Under the pieces are notes generated by a model. It had not been told where the DNA came from. It searched no databases and was given only the letters and a program-made list of their open reading frames with translations. From a virus (Duplodnaviria; Heunggongvirae; Uroviricota; Caudoviricetes), in the IMG/VR virus record IMGVR_UViG_3300035696_000002: DNA of 64,000 nucleotides. One strand, 5' to 3'. Both the position numbers and the translations under genes were made by a program. Shown here one piece after another: positions 38,669-47,419 of this stretch. Within the stretch, counting starts at the first letter, position 1, and every line of letters starts with the position of its first letter.

Positions 38669-39476
38669 CGTGAACGCACTGGACAGAGCACAACTCGACT
38701 GGTGCAAGGCCCGTGACGCCTTCCATGGTGAAGGCAGCAACGGCATAGAGCCGACGATTGACGGCTATTGGGAAGCTGACCGGGCTCTGCTGCTGGAGTT
38801 CTCCCGCGACTGGAAGGGCTCAGACAAGCTGTTGCAGACCGCCTATCGGCAGTTCCGCAAGGCTCTGATCGACAGCCGCTATTGCCCGGAGCCAAACGTC
38901 GAACGGATGGTGATTCCGTGCCCGGCAGGACAGGCCTAATGGTCAAGGTCAAGAGAGAACCGAAGGGAATGGGGCCGTTCGAGCGATGCTGCATTTGCCG
39001 CGAACCTACCCCGTTCTGGTATACTCCAAAGGACGTGGCGTTGTGCCGGGCCTGTGCAAGAACGGCCAAGGTCAAAGACCTGCCCGATAAAGCGGCATGG
39101 GTCACCAAGGAAAGAGCACTGCGGCGAGGGTACTAATGAAACTGAGACTGCTGTTCGTTTTGATCGTGTTCCTGTTCGTGGTTTGGGAAGTCATCAGCCA
39201 CTCGTACTTGATCGTCTCCACGTCCGCCGTAATCGGCTGGCTGGTCACGATTGCGGCCTTGTTGGCGATCTTCGTCGTGCGGGGCAGACGTGGCTGAGAT
39301 CAGAGTCGGCCCATGGACAGAGAAGGCGATCCTGCGGGTGTATCGCCGCGAGGCACAGAGGTTAACGCCGGAACAACTGATCGAGGAGTACGCAGAGGCC
39401 CGGCTCCTGCAAGAAGTAGTCTGCGACCGCTTGGGCATTCACGCCTTGGGGTCGCTTGCTTACGCGAGGAAATTGC

Positions 39477-40517
39477 ATGACACAGATTTTGCTAAGCCGG
39501 GGCAACTTCCGCGAATTCACATTCGCAAGAGACAAGCATAAGTGTGTCAACTGTGGGCTGCCCGGCGTGGACGCCCACCATATCATCGAACGGAGGCTCT
39601 TTCCAGATGGCGGATACTATCTCGACAACGGAGTCACACTTTGTGAAGCGTGTCACCTTGCTGCCGAAGCTACGCTTATTGCATGTTCAAGCCTTAGAGC
39701 GGCAGCCGGAATCGAACAGGTGGTACTACCGCCCCACTTCTTTGCCGACCAAGATTACGACAAGTGGGGAAACTCCATCCTCCCAAACGGAATGAGGATG
39801 AAGGGCGAACTCTTCTACGAGGAGCCCGTCCAGAAAGTTCTCAAGCCTGTCCTGCACATGTTCACCGACAGGATCAAGTACCCCCGCACATTCCATTTCC
39901 CATGGTCGCCGAATCTCCAGAACGATGATCGGATGCTCCAGAGCACCGAAGGATGGGAAGGCACCGAAGTTGTAGTCACGGAGAAAATGGACGGCGAGGG
40001 CACCACGTTCTACCATGGCGACCTGCACGCCCGGTCACTGGAATTCGAGCCCCGGCCTGACCGGACATTCATCAAGGCGATCCACGCCACGGTCGCACAC
40101 GACATCCCGGAAGGCTATCGCATCTGCGGGGAGAACATGACGGCGGTGCATTCGATCCGCTATACTGATCTCCCGTCCTACTTTCTGATGTTCAACATTT
40201 GGGACGGCCTGACGTGCCTGTCGTGGGCCGAAACCTGCGAGTGGGCCGCGATGCTTGGCTTGTGGACGGTTCCTCTGATATACTGGGGGCCGTACAGTGA
40301 CGATCTGTGCAAGGAACTGTGCGACAAGATCAACCCGGTGACTCAGGAGGGTCTGGTCGTTCGACCTGCACGGGCGTTCCACATGCGTGAGTATCCTTAC
40401 GTCGTGGGGAAATGCGTTCGCCACAAGCACGTGACAACTGACCAGCACTGGGCAAAGAAAGCGGTGGAGTTCAATGGGCTTAGCAGACGAGACGGCTTCA
40501 AACACGGACTACAGTAA
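39477..40517 (+). CDS. HNH domain fused to RNA ligase (Rnl2-like nucleotidyltransferase)
   Basis: RD..KCV.C..DAHHI.ER..LC..CH; KYPRT.H.PWS, TEKMDGE, CGEN, QEGLVVR. Confidence 0.85.
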   Translation: MTQILLSRGNFREFTFARDKHKCVNCGLPGVDAHHIIERRLFPDGGYYLDNGVTLCEACHLAAEATLIACSSLRAAAGIEQVVLPPHFFADQDYDKWGNSILPNGMRMKGELFYEEPVQKVLKPVLHMFTDRIKYPRTFHFPWSPNLQNDDRMLQSTEGWEGTEVVVTEKMDGEGTTFYHGDLHARSLEFEPRPDRTFIKAIHATVAHDIPEGYRICGENMTAVHSIRYTDLPSYFLMFNIWDGLTCLSWAETCEWAAMLGLWTVPLIYWGPYSDDLCKELCDKINPVTQEGLVVRPARAFHMREYPYVVGKCVRHKHVTTDQHWAKKAVEFNGLSRRDGFKHGLQ

Positions 40518-41633
40518 GTTCGGCACGTATGAGAAGCTGACGCCGCAGGAAGAAGCGGCGTGGAAGCTTTACTGCGAAGAGACTGCGGGCGACATGGATG
40601 TCCGGGACTACTGGTCTCAGCTTCCGCGTCACGTGCGGGAGATGTATCTGGCGAAGGTATCCTAATGGCGATGCTTGCAGTCAAAATCGTCCTCTCCATC
40701 GTCTGGCTTGTCGGCGTGTTCTGGCTGTGCAAGCGAATCTGGAATGAGCGGTTACCGGGAGACCCGAAATAATGGAATTCGATGCGAAGAAAGAAACCCG
40801 ATCAGTGACTTTCACCACGTGCACGTCCAATGCCTTTGAACGCGGCGATAAGATCACGATCTCGGGGCTGGCTAACGGCGGGGAATATTCTCATTACGTC
40901 CCCGGCAAGGGGCTTGCGTTTGACAGCATGAACGGCGAGTACACGATCACGAAAATCGCCGGGCAGCACTGGTACGATCCAATCGTTCGGTTCTTGAAGG
41001 AGTGTTATGGATACATGCGAGAAATGCGGAAAGCCGAGCGACCACTTTAACCACTACGCCGACTATTCCATGGACGGCAGCATGTGGCACAATGCCGATC
41101 ATGAGTTCGTCGCTAAGCGGAATCAGCGGACGTTCGTGATCTTCACAGTGTATGCGATCCTCGGCCTGATCCTGCTGTGCACGATGGGATTCTTCGCCGC
41201 CCAATTCCTGACCAAATAACATGTGCACCTATTGCAGAACCGAGCACGATAAATTTCCCGAGGGCGGCTTCTTCATGTTCAAGGGCTGGAAGTTCACCGC
41301 CCCGTTTTTCTGTATGTGCTGCGGGATGTCAATCTGCCACGTACAGTGGGCCTTCGGTCGCTACTGCGGCATCTGCGATACAGGGAAGTGTAATCACCCC
41401 TACAACCATGGTCACCACCACATTTACGCCGGGCCGCATGAATTGATCGACACCACAGAGGCCGTCAAGTACCATTTCTTGGAAGAGCGGATCGTCACGC
41501 TGGAGAAAGAGCCGCCTGAGTACGTGGAGTGGCAGAAAGAATTGAAGCGGCAACGGGACACGCCGCTAAACAACTGGATGATAGATCGGATGGGCCTGTG
41601 ACACAACCAAGCATACTCGCATTGTGGCTGACC

Positions 41634-42215
41634 ATGGCTCCGAACCAGAAATTCCCGGAGACAGGGCCGCTCATCGACGCTCTCGTTCTTCGCTACCGCG
41701 AGGCCGGGCGGTTCTATCACAACTGGCAGCACATTGAATCCGGGCTCGAAACCTACCGAAAGTTCTTCGATAAAATCGACCGCACGGTGTTTTTCGCATG
41801 GATGTATCACGACGCGGTCTATGATCCGAAGGCCCATGACAACGAGGAGCGGAGTGCGAAGGTTTTCTTGAAGGACAACGCAGTCCTCGGCTTCAACAAC
41901 GAGGATGCTGACAAGATCGCGATGCTGATCCTGTCCACTACGCACACCGGGGAAACCAACGCCGTCACCGACATGGATTTGGCTGGCCTCGGGGCCGACC
42001 CGGCGACGTTCACGGCCAACACCGACCTGATCCGCCGCGAGTACCACTTCGTGGACGAGAACACATGGCGTGCCGGGCGTGCCGCGATCCTGAAACAGTT
42101 CTTGGAACGGGCGAAGGCCGGGACGCTCTACTCATCGTCGGCCTTCATCGGGGCGTTTACCGCTCAGGCCCAGTCCAATTTGGCCCAATCTATCGAAAAA
42201 TTGACCGATAAATAG
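41634..42215 (+). CDS. HD-superfamily phosphohydrolase
   Basis: RFYHN..HI, YHDAVYDP, NEERSA, D.DLA.LG, IRREY. Confidence 0.85.
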   Translation: MAPNQKFPETGPLIDALVLRYREAGRFYHNWQHIESGLETYRKFFDKIDRTVFFAWMYHDAVYDPKAHDNEERSAKVFLKDNAVLGFNNEDADKIAMLILSTTHTGETNAVTDMDLAGLGADPATFTANTDLIRREYHFVDENTWRAGRAAILKQFLERAKAGTLYSSSAFIGAFTAQAQSNLAQSIEKLTDK

Positions 42216-42238
42216 CCCATTTTCAGTAGTTTATCCTC

Positions 42239-42268
42239 TGGACAAAACATCGCTAAACTCCGTATACT
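42239..42268 (+). promoter_or_regulatory. leaderless promoter
   Basis: TGGACA-18-TATACT-6-ATG. Confidence 0.75.
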
Positions 42269-42274
42269 TTGAGT

Positions 42275-42409
42275 ATGAGTTCAGCATGGAGTGCTGGTCA
42301 AAGCCCCGTCAGGCGTGAATCCGACGCATTTGCCAAGTACATGATCGTTGCATGGGCAGTTGTTACCATCGCTGCCGTTGCCTTCCTTGCGTTCATCAAG
42401 TTTCACTGA
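42275..42409 (+). CDS. 44-aa single-pass membrane peptide
   Basis: Starts at promoter +1; hydrophobic C-terminal half; below the ORF-track cutoff. Confidence 0.55.
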   Translation: MSSAWSAGQSPVRRESDAFAKYMIVAWAVVTIAAVAFLAFIKFH

Positions 42410-42421
42410 TATACTGGGGAA

Positions 42422-43399
42422 GTGAGCCGGATTTACTTCCACGAAAACCACAAAGACGGCGGTGCCGAACTTTACGGTGCCGAGCGTCACTACATGGGCG
42501 GCTACGTCGCCGATCTTTTCATTCACGCTCTTGACCTCGACGACGATACTTGGATGCACTGGTCAAGCGACAGCCTCAGCAAAGAGCATCCCATCCGCAG
42601 CATCGTAACGCCGGGGCACTACTCTCTCGCCAGCTACGGTCAGCAATTCATTCGCAGCATCCGCACCGCCATCCATCTCGCACAGGACAACTGCCTGTTG
42701 TACTACGGGACTCCACGACGCGGTATCAAAGCCAGCAATCTCTTGGAGGTCGATGAGAAAACCGATCCCAAGTGGAACCCGGTCACGATTTCAGTTTGGC
42801 TATCGCAATTGAACACCGCCATGGCCGTGGGCTCAGACCCGGTCAAGTTGATGGCACGCCTCCATGGGCAATGTGAAATTCACTGCTTCGTTGAAGGCCC
42901 CAATCGAAAATGGTTGGCTGACATCATTGAGCAGGGCTGCGAGAGCGGGTTACTCCGCTGCGGCGATGATCCGCGTCTTGATGCGGGGTGGTTTCGCGTC
43001 ATGGACATGCTTCGTAAACGCGATGATCGCCCGGTCGTGTGCAGCTACAGTGTGTGTGAACAATTCCCGAATGCCGCCGCCGCGAATTTTCCTCTTCCTC
43101 TCGACGAATACGGCGATCCTGATCCTGATGCGTGGTACAAACTACCGAAGAAAGAGCGATGGGAACTGGCCATGGCTGGTATCCGCAAAACTGGCTGGCT
43201 GGAACTCAAGCCGGAGAACTGGGCCAACTATCGTTTCGGCGACAGCCTCGATGAGGCCCCCACGGCGTGGCTGCTTCATGACTCCGCGATCATGAAACAG
43301 AACGACGAGAACGCCCGGTGCAAAGCACGAATCAAAAAACTGGATTGCGGCATCGAAAATAAGAATAGCGGATTTAGCTTGGGACGTGGTAATGTGTAA
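42422..43399 (+). CDS. hypothetical protein
   Basis: Long ORF; ARLHGQCEIHC motif. Confidence 0.75.
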   Translation: MSRIYFHENHKDGGAELYGAERHYMGGYVADLFIHALDLDDDTWMHWSSDSLSKEHPIRSIVTPGHYSLASYGQQFIRSIRTAIHLAQDNCLLYYGTPRRGIKASNLLEVDEKTDPKWNPVTISVWLSQLNTAMAVGSDPVKLMARLHGQCEIHCFVEGPNRKWLADIIEQGCESGLLRCGDDPRLDAGWFRVMDMLRKRDDRPVVCSYSVCEQFPNAAAANFPLPLDEYGDPDPDAWYKLPKKERWELAMAGIRKTGWLELKPENWANYRFGDSLDEAPTAWLLHDSAIMKQNDENARCKARIKKLDCGIENKNSGFSLGRGNV

Positions 43400-43702
43400 A
43401 CAGTTAACACTCTGGCCTCAGGCTGAGCCGATACGGATCACGGTGATCCAACTCGACGAGCCTGAGATTTATTGCCACATTTGCGACAAGTACTTAGACC
43501 CCGAGAATCACTACTGTTTACCGTGGTACGAGAGTCAAGTTGCGTGGTGGTCTCACTTTTTTGTTTGCGTCTGCAAAGCTTGTCATGACGCACACGAGCC
43601 TCCACCGGGAACTCGGTTTTCGCAGTAAGGTTGTCAAATCCGCCCTGCGGGGCGACAGTCAAGGTGAATAAGGAATTTTTCGTTCCTTAGAAAGGAAGTA
43701 TC

Positions 43703-44884
43703 ATGGGGGTATTCGGCGTGAAACAGGCTGCTACTAAGACCATGCTTGACCCAAGCCGTCGCAGTAATGACGCACAGAGTTTCGAGGCACAGTTGCGACG
43801 CAGGATCGTAGGTCAAGACGAAGCGGTCACAAAGGTCACCGAAATCTACCAAATGTTTCTCGCCGGATTGAACGCTCCCGGACGCCCTGTTGGCAACCTT
43901 CTCTTCCTCGGCCCCACTGGAACGGGCAAGACTCGCGTAGTGGAAGCCATGGCCGAAGCACTCTTCGGCGACGCCCGTGCCTGTATCAAGATTGACTGTG
44001 CTGAATTCCAGCACTCCCACGAAATTGCAAAGCTGATCGGTTCGCCTCCGGGCTATCTCGGACACCGCGAGACTCATCCACTGCTCACGCAGGAAGCATT
44101 GAACCAATGGTTCACTGAGAAACTGAAACTCTCGATCCTGCTCTTCGATGAAATTGAAAAAGCCAGCGACTCGCTCTGGCAATTGCTGCTTGGTATTCTC
44201 GACAAGGCAACACTCACCCTCGGCGACAATCGCCGCGTCGATCTTAGTCAGTGCATTATCATCATGACCAGCAATCTCGGCGGCAGGGAAATGAACGAGG
44301 ACAGCGGCTTGGGTTTTGCTCCGAAAGACACCATCGTCGATCCTTCTTGGGACGCGAAGGTTGATCGTCATTGCGTCGAAGCCGCACGCCGGAAATTCCA
44401 GCCGGAGTTCATGAACCGCATTGACAAGACAGTCGTGTTCAAGACTCTCCGCGACGAACATCTGGCACAGATTCTTGAGATCGAACTCGGCATGGTGCAG
44501 CAACGCATCATCATGGCTGCCGGAACAAACCAGTTCGTGTTCACTTGCACCGATGCGACCAAGGAAGCCCTGCTCAGAGAAGGCACCGACAAAAAGTACG
44601 GAGCCCGTCACTTGAAGCGTGCGATTGAGAAGCGGCTGGTGCATCCGATGTCCAGCCTCGTTGCGACCGGGCAGGTAAAACTCGGCGATTTCATCCGCGT
44701 TGATTACGATCCCCCGGCTGAGGGTGCCACGGAAGGTGAGTACTCTTTCCACAAGGAATCCGAGAACAACTTTGTGGCTCCTACACTCGAACGCTACTAC
44801 GGTTCCCCGGCACGCACCGACCTGAACGGGCCGCGTAAGGTCGCCCCCATCGCCCCGCCAAAGAGTGGAACGGGCATCATCTAA
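43703..44884 (+). CDS. ClpA/ClpB-family AAA+ ATPase, D2 module only
   Basis: IVGQDEAV, GPTGTGKT, KLIGSPPGYLG, LFDEIEKA, PEFMNRID, YGARHLKRAIE. Confidence 0.92.
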   Translation: MGVFGVKQAATKTMLDPSRRSNDAQSFEAQLRRRIVGQDEAVTKVTEIYQMFLAGLNAPGRPVGNLLFLGPTGTGKTRVVEAMAEALFGDARACIKIDCAEFQHSHEIAKLIGSPPGYLGHRETHPLLTQEALNQWFTEKLKLSILLFDEIEKASDSLWQLLLGILDKATLTLGDNRRVDLSQCIIIMTSNLGGREMNEDSGLGFAPKDTIVDPSWDAKVDRHCVEAARRKFQPEFMNRIDKTVVFKTLRDEHLAQILEIELGMVQQRIIMAAGTNQFVFTCTDATKEALLREGTDKKYGARHLKRAIEKRLVHPMSSLVATGQVKLGDFIRVDYDPPAEGATEGEYSFHKESENNFVAPTLERYYGSPARTDLNGPRKVAPIAPPKSGTGII

Positions 44885-44918
44885 ACCTACTTCGGCCCTC
44901 TTAAATGAGGGCCGATTT

Positions 44919-45284
44919 ATGGGATTCTTTAAGACGCAAGGCAGCAAGATTCAGGGATTTCTCGACAAACTTACCAACGACGCACACGTGCCGATTGCTC
45001 TGTTCGTGTTCCTCGTGACCTCTGCCTACCACTTCCACACAGGCAAGGATTTGGGCACCAACTACATCAACAGCCTCTATGCTTTCTACGGCTTCCTGCT
45101 TGGCCATGCTGGCGTTTACCAGAAATGGCCGGATCAGAGTAATAGCGGTGGGGCGTCAGCCGCGTCCACCGATCAATCTCAACAGACCCAGACCGTGGAC
45201 GTGACCGTACAGGCTCCGCCTGCGGCACCAGCCCCGGCCCCTGCGGCGGCTCCGGCGACGGGAAGCAACGGCCCCAAGGGGTAA
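44919..45284 (+). CDS. membrane protein, possible holin
   Basis: Two hydrophobic segments; Ala/Pro-rich tail. Confidence 0.5.
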   Translation: MGFFKTQGSKIQGFLDKLTNDAHVPIALFVFLVTSAYHFHTGKDLGTNYINSLYAFYGFLLGHAGVYQKWPDQSNSGGASAASTDQSQQTQTVDVTVQAPPAAPAPAPAAAPATGSNGPKG

Positions 45285-45285
45285 A

Positions 45286-45834
45286 ATGGAAGTGTCCTGC
45301 TTCGTAGCCGAACGCCTACAGAAATACCGCCGCGAGCTACGCCGCTTCGTCTGGAGCAGCGAACAGAAATGCCTCGGCCCCTACGGCTACCATACCAGCA
45401 CCACGATCCTTGACACCGTCCCATCTCCACCAGATGAGGACGATCTGGAAGGCACCGGAGTCCGGCCCTTCGTTGCCAACGACGATTCCCGCTGGCCAAA
45501 GACCTGCTCTTGCGGGTACGTCTATCAGGATGCCGATCAGTGGCAGCAAAACCAGCACCGCCTATACCGCGATCCGTCCACAGGCCGGGAGTTCACCCTC
45601 TCCGAGGCCCCGCCCGGTGCCATGTGGTTCGCCGATTGGATGACTTGGACTGGGCCGGACGGCAAGACCCTTGTGGTAATGACGCCGGGCGGCGAATGGT
45701 GCGTGGATGGGCCTTCGAGTAATGGGTCGGGCTGGAAACGCACAGGAACGCCCCCAAACGTCACGGCGACCCCTTCCATCTCCATGCCCCGGTACCATGG
45801 CTGGCTGACGAACGGCAAGCTAATCTCCTGTTAG
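45286..45834 (+). CDS. DUF6527-like protein
   Basis: W...G.PP..T.TPSI...YHGWL.NG. Confidence 0.6.
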   Translation: MEVSCFVAERLQKYRRELRRFVWSSEQKCLGPYGYHTSTTILDTVPSPPDEDDLEGTGVRPFVANDDSRWPKTCSCGYVYQDADQWQQNQHRLYRDPSTGREFTLSEAPPGAMWFADWMTWTGPDGKTLVVMTPGGEWCVDGPSSNGSGWKRTGTPPNVTATPSISMPRYHGWLTNGKLISC

Positions 45835-45858
45835 CCAAAAACCCAGTATTATTCGGGT

Positions 45859-46521
45859 ATGTCAACCAGACAGTACATCTCCCAGTTCCCACATTGCGAC
45901 CAACGAATCCTTCACGCTCCCGGCGAGTGTGAATACTGCGACATGCACCCGGAATGGCAAGAACTCCGTGACGCATGGGGCATCAACTACACTGGCGGCA
46001 CCAAGGACAAGACCGATGGCGGCTGGCCGATGCTGCGGTGCCCGTCTGAGGCAGCCCGCCCGCTGGAGACCATCGAACGATGGCCCGGCAACCGGGCCTA
46101 CAAAGCCTGCACGACCTGCAACGACCAAAAGACTATCACGGTGGGGCACCCATTCGAGGGTGAGCAACCCTGCCCGGACTGCAATCAGGACGCTGTCGCC
46201 TGCAAGAAGTGCAACGGCTCCGGCCAAGTCAGTCGCGGCGGCGGTTGGGCCGGATACCCAGATGAGGATTGCCCGGAGTGTTGGGGCCGGGGCTATCTCA
46301 CCCCGATTGGGACGGTCACCCATGCACCTACCACTGCTGAACCTTGGCTTGAAGCGAAACTTACCGAGGATGAAACGCCCGTCATGATCGAACAGGATGG
46401 CTCAGTCCGACCGCTGACTTCACTGGAGGAGGGGGAGGACTTGGTGCAGAAGATTAGGGCTCTGTACAAGGAGTCTCAACGGCTGCTGACTGACCTACGG
46501 AAGAAAGACGCGGAGCGTTAA
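45859..46521 (+). CDS. hypothetical protein with DnaJ-type CxxCxGxG zinc fingers
   Basis: CKKCNGSG, CPECWGRG. Confidence 0.65.
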   Translation: MSTRQYISQFPHCDQRILHAPGECEYCDMHPEWQELRDAWGINYTGGTKDKTDGGWPMLRCPSEAARPLETIERWPGNRAYKACTTCNDQKTITVGHPFEGEQPCPDCNQDAVACKKCNGSGQVSRGGGWAGYPDEDCPECWGRGYLTPIGTVTHAPTTAEPWLEAKLTEDETPVMIEQDGSVRPLTSLEEGEDLVQKIRALYKESQRLLTDLRKKDAER

Positions 46522-47044
46522 TCCGCTCCGCAGCCTTCAACTTCACACGCCACTTCTTCAACGTGGTGTTCGCCCGCTTTACCTTCGACTCCCACTTCTC
46601 GACCATCTTCTGAGCCTTAGTTAGCCGGGCCGCACGCCGGGCGGTCAGCTTCTCATCCTTGGTCGGCTCAGGCTTCGCGGCCTTCACCCCAATCGGATAA
46701 TCCTTAGCGTAAGCGTACCGCTCACGCCAGCCTTCGCCCCAGTTGTAACGCACGGCGTTCATGTCGCGGTGCTTCAACCCCTTCGCATGACCCAACTCAT
46801 GGGCGATGACGAGGGCCAAGGCCACAGGGTCTACATTCGTGCGAGGAAGATTGAGCCGCATGCGGACGTTCGGGTTCTGGATCGTCCCGTAGTAGCACCA
46901 GCCTCCGAGCCCGCCGTTGCGACGGTAGTTGATCGTGATGCGTCCGTTGTCCAGTCCACCGGGATTCAGTTCATCCTGAGCAACCCGGTACACCAGCTTC
47001 ATGATCGACCGCGTATCGTAGTGCGTATTGTTGACTATCTTCAT
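46454..47044 (-). CDS. zincin-like metallopeptidase domain protein
   Basis: VIAHELGHAKGLKH. Confidence 0.7.
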   Translation of the reverse strand: MKIVNNTHYDTRSIMKLVYRVAQDELNPGGLDNGRITINYRRNGGLGGWCYYGTIQNPNVRMRLNLPRTNVDPVALALVIAHELGHAKGLKHRDMNAVRYNWGEGWRERYAYAKDYPIGVKAAKPEPTKDEKLTARRAARLTKAQKMVEKWESKVKRANTTLKKWRVKLKAAERINAPRLSSVGQSAAVETPCTEP

Positions 47045-47241
47045 TTAGCCTCCCAGAGTGGTTCTGCCACGTCTTCAACACGTACCTTCCGGTTCCGCTT
47101 CACCAGCTTGCCGCTCTTCTTGCTTCGCTTGGGCGGAGTGAAGTCGCGAACGATTGCCCACTTACGTCCACGCTTGACCAAGACGGCGTGGAACCACCCG
47201 CCATCTCGATCATAGAACCGGATGATCGTCTTGTTCTTCAT
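47041..47241 (-). CDS. small basic hypothetical protein
   Basis: TATAAT 7 nt upstream; overlaps start of next gene. Confidence 0.6.
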   Translation of the reverse strand: MKNKTIIRFYDRDGGWFHAVLVKRGRKWAIVRDFTPPKRSKKSGKLVKRNRKVRVEDVAEPLWEAK

Positions 47242-47419
47242 ACTTACTATTATAGACGGGGTGTTTTTGCGGACGTGCGTTTTAGGCCCTATTCATGCGG
47301 GTTGGACGCACTAAGGCTTTTATTTTCAGAAGTGAAATATTTTTGTTGACAGAAAATTTCGACAAAAACACAGTTGCACAGGAATGTGCAATTTAGGAAA
47401 GTTGTACGGAAGTGTGCAA

